Positions 1 to 7,693 of a stretch of 64,000 nt of DNA are shown here, piece after piece (within the stretch, counting starts at the first letter, position 1; every line of letters starts with the position of its first letter). The stretch spans positions 7,246 to 71,245 of the forward strand of contig JBBIIP010000008.1 of NCBI GenBank assembly GCA_037446395.1, written 5' to 3'. Below the pieces are notes generated by a model. It saw nothing but the letters and a program-made list of their open reading frames with translations, did not search any database and was not told where the DNA came from. A program made the position numbers and the translations under genes. This stretch comes from Lentimicrobiaceae bacterium. GTDB lineage: Bacteria > Bacteroidota > Bacteroidia > Bacteroidales > JAAYJT01.

Positions 1-111
1 AAAATTACTGATAATCTCAATCTGAAATTATAAAGAAATGCGAACAGCACCATTAATATTATCTCTATAAAAGTTGCATTATGCCAATGAGTGAGGGTAA
101 TGGCCCTGTTG

Positions 112-2895
112 CTAATGTGCTTCGAGCCAGTTCTGACCTGTGTTCATATCAGTCTCAACAGGAACTTCAAGCAACACGGCGGTTTTCATTTTTTCGGCAA
201 CAATTTGTTTCATTATTTCTATCTCGCTGCGATGAACGTCAAAAACGAGCTCATCGTGCACCTGCAGGATCATACGCGAGTGTAAGCCTTGTTTCTCAAT
301 TTCCTCGTATATATTGATCATTGCAATCTTAATCATGTCAGCCGCCGAACCCTGAATTGGGGCATTGATGGCGTTGCGTTCTGCAAAGCTGCGTACGTTG
401 TTGTTGCTGCTGTTGATATCTCGCAGATATCGCCTTCGCCTCATCATGGTTTCGACATAGCCGTGCCTGCGGGCAAAAGCGACCTGGCTTTCCATGAATT
501 TTTTGATACCCGGGTATTTAATAAAATACTGGCTGATAATATCGCTGGCTTCAGTCCTGGAAATATTGAGCCTTTCAGAAAGGCCAAAGGCCGATATGCC
601 ATATATGATTCCAAAATTCACAGTTTTGGCATTTCGGCGCATGTCGCGCGTAACATTCTCAAGTGCGACATTATAAATTCGCGAAGCGGTAGCGGCATGA
701 ATATCCTTGTTCTGCCGAAAGTCATCAATCATGTTTGTATCGCCACTCAATGAGGCAATAATTCTTAATTCGATTTGGGAATAATCGGCTGAAAGCAGGA
801 TATAGTCTTCGTTGCGGGGGATAAATGCCTTACGAATTTCGCGCCCTCGCTCGGTGCGTATCGGGATATTCTGAAGGTTGGGATTGTTTGAACTGAGCCG
901 ACCTGTCGAAGCTACAGCCTGATTGTAGCTGGTATGAATGCGGCCGGTGCGGTTATTTACCAGCGCAGGCAATGCATCAACATAGGTTGATTTGAGTTTG
1001 GTTAGCGAGCGATAATCGAGTATAAGTTGCACAATCGGGTGCTTGTTTATCAATTTCGAAAGAACATCCTCAGCGGTGCTATGTTGTTTCGTGCTTGTTT
1101 GCTTTGGTTTGGTTGCTATTTTAATCCTGTCGAATAGCACTTCGCCAAGTTGTTTGGGCGATGCAATATTGAACATCATGCCAGCAGTCTCAAAAATCAG
1201 TTTTTCGGTTTCAAGGATTTCTTTCTGAAGATGGCCGGAGTATTCCTTCAAGGTTTCAATATCCAGCTTCACTCCCTCTGTTTCCATACTTGCAAGCACC
1301 GGCACTAACGGAATCTCAATGTTTTCGAATAGTGCGAAGCAATTATTTTCGACCAGCATTGGTTCGAAAACATTCCTGAGTTGCAAAGTAATATCTGCAT
1401 CTTCGCAAGCATACTCCCGAAGCAAGTCAGAACTCACCTGTCGCATATTGCCTTGATTCCGGCCTTTTTTACCGATGAGTGATTCAATCGAAACCGGTTG
1501 GTAATTCAGATAGGCCCGGGCCATATAATCCATGCTGTGGCGCAAATCAGGCTGCAGCAGGTAATGTGCAAGCATGGTGTCGAACAGCTTTCCATTCACC
1601 TGAATGTCGTAATATTTCAGCATGGATATATCGAATTTCAGGTTTTGCCCTGTTTTTTCAATTTTCTGGTCTTCGAACAGGGGTTTGAATTCTTGCACAA
1701 TATCCAGGGCCTGGTAGTAGTTTTCCGGTAACATAACGCACCACCCTTCATGGGGTGCAACAGAGAAAGACAAGCACACAAGTTCTGAGCTGTGCGTGTT
1801 AAGGCCTGTAGTTTCAGTGTCGAAGCAAAAATTACTTGTGTTCTTCAATTTTTCGATCAACTGCTTGCGCTGAGATGGTGTTTCAACAAGGTGGTATTGG
1901 TGAGGTGTATTTTGAATTGTGCGCTCAGTTTCAGAATCATGCTGTGGGGGATCAACCAGATCGAAAAGCTTGCCCTGAATCGCCGCCCCCCCACTGGCGG
2001 CTTTCTTTTCCTCAATTGGCAGCTCATTAAGCACCCTGGCCGCAAATGCTTTAAACTCCAACTCATCCAATACTTTTTTTAGATATTCTCGATTGGGTTG
2101 CTCAATTTCCAGTGCTTTTTCGTCAAATCCGATGGGAACTTCAAGGATAATGGTTGCCAGTTGTTTCGAAGTAAGGGCCTGTTGCCAGTGATTCTCGACT
2201 TTTTCGCGTAGCTTCTCGTTTTTAATTTCCTTGCGATTTTCGAGCAAATTCTCAACTGAGCCAAATTCTGCCAAAAGCTTACGTGCTGTCACCTCTCCCA
2301 CTCCGGGTATTCCCGGAATATTGTCCGAAGCATCACCGGCAAGGCCAAGGAAATCAATTACCTGCTCAGGCCTTTCAACTCCAAATTTTTCACAAATTTC
2401 TTTCACTCCCATCACTATGGCTTTTTCGCCGAATTTAGCCGGTTTGTAGATCAAAATATTGTCTGTTACCAACTGGCCAAAATCTTTATCAGGAGTCATC
2501 ATAAGTACCTTAAAACCCTGCGCTTCGGCTTTTTTTGCCAAGGTTCCAATCACATCATCGGCTTCGTATCCATCCACTGCCAGAATAGGAATATTGAATG
2601 CCTGAATCAGCTCGATAATCCATGGAATTGATGTTGAAAGATCTTCGGGCATGGCTTCACGGTTGGCTTTGTAAGCTGCAAATTCATCATGCCTCACTGT
2701 GGGGGCCATGGTATCGAAGGCCACGCCAATGTGCGTTGGCCTTTCGTTTTTCAGGACATCAAATAAGGTATTGGCAAAACCCAGTATAGCACTTGTATTT
2801 AAGCCTTTGCTGTTAATTCTGGGGGTTTTGTTTAATGCATAGTAGGCCCGGTAAATCAAGGCCATGGCATCAAGCAGAAATAGTGTTTTTTGCAT
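112..2895 (-). CDS. polA: DNA polymerase I
   Basis: 927-aa ORF. N-terminal 5'-nuclease motifs (LLDAMALIYRAYYA, GIPGVGEVTARKLL). C-terminal family-A polymerase motifs (DYSQIELRI, RRNAKTVNFGIIYG, QVHDELVF). Confidence 0.97.
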   Translation of the reverse strand: MQKTLFLLDAMALIYRAYYALNKTPRINSKGLNTSAILGFANTLFDVLKNERPTHIGVAFDTMAPTVRHDEFAAYKANREAMPEDLSTSIPWIIELIQAFNIPILAVDGYEADDVIGTLAKKAEAQGFKVLMMTPDKDFGQLVTDNILIYKPAKFGEKAIVMGVKEICEKFGVERPEQVIDFLGLAGDASDNIPGIPGVGEVTARKLLAEFGSVENLLENRKEIKNEKLREKVENHWQQALTSKQLATIILEVPIGFDEKALEIEQPNREYLKKVLDELEFKAFAARVLNELPIEEKKAASGGAAIQGKLFDLVDPPQHDSETERTIQNTPHQYHLVETPSQRKQLIEKLKNTSNFCFDTETTGLNTHSSELVCLSFSVAPHEGWCVMLPENYYQALDIVQEFKPLFEDQKIEKTGQNLKFDISMLKYYDIQVNGKLFDTMLAHYLLQPDLRHSMDYMARAYLNYQPVSIESLIGKKGRNQGNMRQVSSDLLREYACEDADITLQLRNVFEPMLVENNCFALFENIEIPLVPVLASMETEGVKLDIETLKEYSGHLQKEILETEKLIFETAGMMFNIASPKQLGEVLFDRIKIATKPKQTSTKQHSTAEDVLSKLINKHPIVQLILDYRSLTKLKSTYVDALPALVNNRTGRIHTSYNQAVASTGRLSSNNPNLQNIPIRTERGREIRKAFIPRNEDYILLSADYSQIELRIIASLSGDTNMIDDFRQNKDIHAATASRIYNVALENVTRDMRRNAKTVNFGIIYGISAFGLSERLNISRTEASDIISQYFIKYPGIKKFMESQVAFARRHGYVETMMRRRRYLRDINSSNNNVRSFAERNAINAPIQGSAADMIKIAMINIYEEIEKQGLHSRMILQVHDELVFDVHRSEIEIMKQIVAEKMKTAVLLEVPVETDMNTGQNWLEAH

Positions 2896-2900
2896 CGTTG

Positions 2901-3266
2901 TTAAATATTTCGTTTGCCTTGTCCCCGCTGAACCAACATATAGAAATCATTTTCGAGTGCAATGTAACCATATTCATAGCAAAAATGATATACCGCACCT
3001 TTCTGGGTGGTATAAATACCGGTGAAATAATTAAAGTTAAAACCCTTTTCGGTCAATTTGTTGCGATGAACCGTTGTTTTGTCAACGGGATTAAGCTCAG
3101 CCAATATCCGGCGGTTTTTTCTAAGGATGGCATTAATGCGGCGCACCAGGTTTGTAGTTTCGCTGTTGATGCGATTATTGAAATTGTTTCTGCAAATATC
3201 ATTGCAAAACTTTTTGTCGGCGCGGCCTACCAATAAATCGCCACAATCGAGGCATTTTCGTTCCAT
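2901..3266 (-). CDS. hypothetical zinc-ribbon (FCS-like) protein, co-oriented with polA
   Basis: 121-aa ORF whose stop lies 5 nt upstream of the polA start. N-terminal CxxC...FCxxxC motif (KCLDCGDLL..KKFCNDICRNNF). No catalytic motif recognised. Confidence 0.7.
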   Translation of the reverse strand: MERKCLDCGDLLVGRADKKFCNDICRNNFNNRINSETTNLVRRINAILRKNRRILAELNPVDKTTVHRNKLTEKGFNFNYFTGIYTTQKGAVYHFCYEYGYIALENDFYMLVQRGQGKRNI

Positions 3267-3388
3267 ATTATTCTACTGATAAATAATTTGTAAAAGTATG
3301 CTTTTTCCCCTACCCGTTTGCAAACGCTTACAAACAACTATATCCGGATACAAATGTTTTTTATACGACACAGGTTTTCAAGTGGTTA

Positions 3389-3396
3389 TACTTTTG
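3389..3396 (+). promoter_or_regulatory. Bacteroidota-type -7 box (TAnnTTTG) upstream of ssb
   Basis: TACTTTTG inside TACTTTTGCC, ~78 nt upstream of the ATG. Confidence 0.45.
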
Positions 3397-3473
3397 CCTC
3401 GTCATTCAAAACTAAAACGACACCAATTAATCAAACAAAATTAACCGCCTGAAAAGGCACAAAACAAAAAATC

Positions 3474-3815
3474 ATGAATGCAATGAAAAATCGCGTACAA
3501 CTAATTGGACGCCTGGGCCAAAACCCCGAAGTAAAACAATTTGAAAAAGGACGCAAGATGGTGCGCTTCAGCCTCGCCACCAACGAAGAGTATGCCAACA
3601 ATGACGGCGAAAAAGTGAAACAAACCACCTGGCACAACCTCGTGGCTTGGGGTAAACTAGCCGAAATCTGCGAAAAGTACCTGAAAAAAGGCAACGAAGT
3701 TGCGGTTGAAGGCAAACTGATCTATCGCAACTGGGACGATAAGGAAGGCACCAAACACTACATGACCGAGATACACCTGAACGAAATGCTGATGCTCGAC
3801 GGGAAGGCAAACTAA
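3474..3815 (+). CDS. ssb: single-stranded DNA-binding protein (short, OB fold only)
   Basis: 113 aa with SSB OB-fold motifs (NRVQLIGRLGQNPEV, TTWHNLVAWGKLAE). No acidic C-terminal tip. -7 box upstream and hairpin downstream. Confidence 0.9.
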   Translation: MNAMKNRVQLIGRLGQNPEVKQFEKGRKMVRFSLATNEEYANNDGEKVKQTTWHNLVAWGKLAEICEKYLKKGNEVAVEGKLIYRNWDDKEGTKHYMTEIHLNEMLMLDGKAN

Positions 3816-3840
3816 GGCATACACTGTTAATTATCTGTTC

Positions 3841-3879
3841 AAAACCGGCTTCGCGAATGTGTGTGGCCGGTTTTTATTT
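3841..3879 (+). terminator. putative intrinsic terminator after ssb
   Basis: AAAACCGGC / GCCGGTTTT stem with a 16-nt loop, followed by TTTTTATTT. Confidence 0.5.
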
Positions 3880-3903
3880 GTTTTACTTTTACAAAAAAAT
3901 CCC

Positions 3904-4431
3904 ATGATGCCCATTCGATCATTATTTGTTTCTCTCGCCGGATTAATCCTGGGGAGTTGCCATGCGTCTCCTGAAACCCCGACAAACGTGGGCAGCGTTG
4001 ATCTTGAAAAATATACTGGCCGTTGGTATGAGATTGCCAGTTTTCCGGCATCCTTTCAGAAAGGCTGCCATTGCACTACCGCCGAATATCAACTTACCGG
4101 CAAAAAATATATTCGTGTGATCAACCGCTGCCGCCGCAATGCGGTTGATGGCAAAGCCTCAGGCATCACCGGTAGGGCTTATCCCGTGAAAGGATCGAAT
4201 AATACCAAATTAAAGGTGCAGTTTTTCTGGCCTTTCCGTGGCGACTACCACATTATTATATTGGCTCCTGATTACAGCTATGCTGTTGTTGCATCCGGGA
4301 AAAATTATCTTTGGATTTTGAGCCGGTCTGCAACGATTCCGGATTCATTATACCAGGAACTTACCGATAAACTTTCCGTGATGGGGTTTGATATAAACCG
4401 CCTTCAGCGAACTGCTCAAAATTGTGACTGA
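3904..4431 (+). CDS. blc: bacterial lipocalin (Blc-like outer membrane lipoprotein)
   Basis: Lipocalin signature YTGRWYEIASFP and lipoprotein signal LILGSC. Start moved from the ORF-track 3859 to ATG 3904 because 3841-3874 forms the ssb terminator hairpin. Confidence 0.88.
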   Translation: MMPIRSLFVSLAGLILGSCHASPETPTNVGSVDLEKYTGRWYEIASFPASFQKGCHCTTAEYQLTGKKYIRVINRCRRNAVDGKASGITGRAYPVKGSNNTKLKVQFFWPFRGDYHIIILAPDYSYAVVASGKNYLWILSRSATIPDSLYQELTDKLSVMGFDINRLQRTAQNCD

Positions 4432-4466
4432 GCCCACTTAATGAATCTTAATTAATCGAATAACTT

Positions 4467-5855
4467 ATGCCCGTATCTTCCTCAAAATCAGCCACAAAAG
4501 AACGAACCAAAAAGGCTGGCTCCGATAAAGCATCTAAAATATTTGTACTCGACACTTCAGTGATCCTGTATAACCACAACAGCATCAACAGTTTCGAAGA
4601 TAACGACATCGTTATTCCAATTACCGTACTCGAGGAGCTCGACAACTTCAAGAAAGGCAATGAAATGATCAATTTCGAAGCCCGCGAATTTATTCGAATC
4701 ATGGATAAGTTATCGTTGAACCATACCCTGCAGGATTGGATCAAGCTCGGAAACGAAAAAGGAGGCAGATTTAAAGTGGTGATGAACGAAAGCCCCGGGG
4801 AAATGACCGTTGATGCACGAAAGATATTCGACGAAAATAAACCTGATCACCGGATATTGAATGCAGCAATAATCATTCAACAAAAGCATCCTGAACGCAA
4901 AGTGGTGTTGGTATCAAAAGACATTAACCTGCGACTGAAAGCCAAATCGCTCAATATACCCGCAGAAGACTTTTTAACAGGAAAGATTAAAGATATTGAA
5001 GGCTTGTACTCCGGCAAGACAGTTATTGAAGGCCTCGATAAGGAGGTAATTGATTTACTTTATCAGGAAGGCTTCTGTGAGCCCGCACAAATCGGGCTGC
5101 ATCATCCCATTCCAAATCAGTATTTCATTTTAAAGAATACCAAAAACTCAGCCCTGGCTTTTTACAACCCTATTAGCGAAAAAGTTGAACGTGTCGAAAA
5201 AAGATCTGTCTATCGCATTAGTCCCCGAAACGCAGAGCAGGTATTTGCGATCCATGCCCTATTAAACCCAGATGTACGTCTCGTATCATTGCAGGGAGTG
5301 GCAGGCACAGGAAAAACCCTGCTAACCCTTGCAGCAGCATTGGAGCAGCGCAGGAACTACAAACAAATCTATCTTTCGCGCCCCATCGTACCACTGAGCA
5401 ATAAAGACATAGGCTACCTTCCGGGAGATATCAAATCGAAGGTGAATCCTTACATGGAACCACTTTATGACAACCTCAAGTTTATACAGAATCAGTATAG
5501 CGAAAAAGACAAAGAATATAAAGTCGTTACCGAATCACTTGAAAACGAAAAATTATTGATTCAGCCTCTGGCCTACATCCGCGGCCGAAGCATCAGCAAT
5601 GTGTTTTTTATTGTAGATGAAGCCCAAAACCTCACACCTCATGAAATAAAGACCATCATTACTAGGGCGGGCGAGAATACAAAAATAATTTTCACGGGCG
5701 ACATCTATCAAATTGACACACCGTATCTCGATTCGCAAAGTAATGGCTTATCAGTTTTGATTGATAAGGTTAAATATCATCCGATTTATGCACACATACG
5801 CCTCGAAAAAGGCGAACGCAGCGATCTGGCAAATTTGGCCAATGATATGTTGTAA
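4467..5855 (+). CDS. PIN-domain/PhoH-like ATPase fusion (PhoH2 type)
   Basis: 462 aa. N-terminal PIN domain (IFVLDTSVIL, PITVLEELD). C-terminal PhoH P-loop ATPase (Walker A GVAGTGKT, Walker B FIVDEAQN). Confidence 0.92.
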   Translation: MPVSSSKSATKERTKKAGSDKASKIFVLDTSVILYNHNSINSFEDNDIVIPITVLEELDNFKKGNEMINFEAREFIRIMDKLSLNHTLQDWIKLGNEKGGRFKVVMNESPGEMTVDARKIFDENKPDHRILNAAIIIQQKHPERKVVLVSKDINLRLKAKSLNIPAEDFLTGKIKDIEGLYSGKTVIEGLDKEVIDLLYQEGFCEPAQIGLHHPIPNQYFILKNTKNSALAFYNPISEKVERVEKRSVYRISPRNAEQVFAIHALLNPDVRLVSLQGVAGTGKTLLTLAAALEQRRNYKQIYLSRPIVPLSNKDIGYLPGDIKSKVNPYMEPLYDNLKFIQNQYSEKDKEYKVVTESLENEKLLIQPLAYIRGRSISNVFFIVDEAQNLTPHEIKTIITRAGENTKIIFTGDIYQIDTPYLDSQSNGLSVLIDKVKYHPIYAHIRLEKGERSDLANLANDML

Positions 5856-5858
5856 CAA

Positions 5859-6875
5859 TCATTTCTCGAGGTAGCAAACCGCCAGCACCGTTTGACCGAC
5901 TGCTTTTAGTGTGTTTTTATCAATCACATCCATATTATCGTTTAAGGTGTGCCAATGCTCGAAAAACCCCGAGGGCGAATCCGCAGAATAATGGATGATG
6001 TCTATGGTAGGTATTTTTATAATCTGATTAATATACAAGTGATCATCAATTATGGGATTGGTTCGCTTGCGCGAGAAATAGCGTTCATATCCGATGGCGT
6101 GTCCAACATCCCAGACTTTCTTCATCACGTCTGCTGCAAATTGCTGGCTTGTGCCTTCCATTGTAAACACCGCGTCAGTTGCTCCAACCATGTCGAGAAG
6201 AATACCAAAACGGGCACGGTATCCGGGCACATGTGGATTACGTGCCCAGTGCTGCGATCCCAAAGCCCATGTGTCTTCCTTTCGGCCTTGCAGCTGCTGA
6301 TGCTCACCATAATCCTCCCCATCAAAAAAAATGAGATCCACACCAAGAGTCGGCGGCTTGATTGAAAACTGTCGCGCGATTTCTAGCAAAACCCCCACCC
6401 CACTGGCACCATCATTGGCTCCCAGGATTGGTTTATGGTGGTTGGCAGGATCAGGATCATGGTCTGCAAATGGTCGCGAATCCCAATGAGCACAAAGCAA
6501 AATTCTCGAATTACTTTCAGGATGAATAGAGCCTATGATGTTTTTCAGGTTCAATATCGTGCCATCAAATGCTCTAACCCGGGCTGTTTGTATGTTTACG
6601 CTTGGGGTAAACCTTTTCAAGGTTGCTGCTAAGTAGTTGGCACAAGCCTCGTGAGCAGCAGTGTTCGGAACCCTTGGCCCAAAATTCACCTGGGCGTGAA
6701 CAAATTGATAGGCCGAGTCTTCGTTAAATTCCGGAACACCCGCAGCGCTTATGCGTTCAGAAATGCTTTGAGTATTTGGCATTGGTTTATTGCGGGTTTC
6801 GCCACAACTATATAGTAAGACCAAAGAAGTAACCAGGATAAAAAAAACAATAACATTCGCTCTCATCCATAACAT
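5859..6875 (-). CDS. M28-fold zinc enzyme, glutaminyl-cyclase-like lipoprotein
   Basis: Motifs LLCAHWDSRPF, GANDGASGVGVLLEIAR, IFFDGEDYG and WHTLNDNMDVID resemble animal-type (type II) glutaminyl cyclases and M28 peptidases. Lipoprotein signal LLYSCGE. Start set to ATG 6875 (or 6866), 1 nt after the nitroreductase stop, rather than 6941. Confidence 0.8.
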   Translation of the reverse strand: MLWMRANVIVFFILVTSLVLLYSCGETRNKPMPNTQSISERISAAGVPEFNEDSAYQFVHAQVNFGPRVPNTAAHEACANYLAATLKRFTPSVNIQTARVRAFDGTILNLKNIIGSIHPESNSRILLCAHWDSRPFADHDPDPANHHKPILGANDGASGVGVLLEIARQFSIKPPTLGVDLIFFDGEDYGEHQQLQGRKEDTWALGSQHWARNPHVPGYRARFGILLDMVGATDAVFTMEGTSQQFAADVMKKVWDVGHAIGYERYFSRKRTNPIIDDHLYINQIIKIPTIDIIHYSADSPSGFFEHWHTLNDNMDVIDKNTLKAVGQTVLAVCYLEK

Positions 6876-6876
6876 G

Positions 6877-7479
6877 TTAATGGTTAAATAAGCTGCTTGG
6901 GGACCCGTGCTTTTTTTCGAACACAAAAGTACTAAAATCATTGCGCATCCTCTCGCCTTTTTCTAGTACCTGTAGGTTTGGATGCAAATTGTCAGCATTG
7001 CCGTAGTAACCGATTGCCACAACAACAATGGGCTTGATGGATTCGGGAAGGCTAAAAGACGCTGATACTTTCTCTTTGTTGAACCCGCCCATCTGGTGAA
7101 CAAACAAACCCAGATCGGTTGCCTGCAAGCTCAGTGTTGCCACAGCCTGACCTGTGTCATATTCGAAGGATGGGTTAGGGCCACCTGTTTTCTGGCGAAT
7201 ACTGTCGGCAGAAACTAAAACCAACACTGGTGCATCCCTTGCCCACAATTGGTTAAATTCAACCAGTGAATCAAAAATATCATTCCAGGATTTGTCTCCT
7301 TTGTAACCAAGAATGAATCTCCAGGGTTGGTCGTTCGATCCCGAGGCAGCCCAACGGGCAGCCTCGAACAGGCTCTTCAATTTTTGTTCTTCAACAGGTC
7401 GTGAATTGTATGCCCTGGGGCTCCACCGTCTTTTGATCATAGGATGAACCGGATGGATATTGTTTGCAGGTTTTTCCAT
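6877..7479 (-). CDS. nitroreductase family protein
   Basis: 200 aa with nitroreductase-fold motifs (RRWSPRAY, SGSNDQPWRF). Confidence 0.88.
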   Translation of the reverse strand: MEKPANNIHPVHPMIKRRWSPRAYNSRPVEEQKLKSLFEAARWAASGSNDQPWRFILGYKGDKSWNDIFDSLVEFNQLWARDAPVLVLVSADSIRQKTGGPNPSFEYDTGQAVATLSLQATDLGLFVHQMGGFNKEKVSASFSLPESIKPIVVVAIGYYGNADNLHPNLQVLEKGERMRNDFSTFVFEKKHGSPSSLFNH

Positions 7480-7693
7480 AATGCTAATTTTGTTGATTTA
7501 ATCTTATAAACACCGTCTTAATCTAAGGTTTACTCTTCAGCCATATTGTCAGGTTATATAGTAGCGAACTGATAGCCTGCATGATTATTGTGGTTTATAT
7601 ATCTACCGAATGTTGGGGTCATTCATACACCGATTACCATGTTCATAAAAACATTTTACCCTGTTTCAAAACCACACCAAAACAAATGATGCC

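Noticed and set aside
289-753. 154-aa plus-strand ORF and other short ORFs opposite polA
   Set aside because: They lie entirely within the well-supported polA frame on the other strand. They have no motifs and no promoter box.
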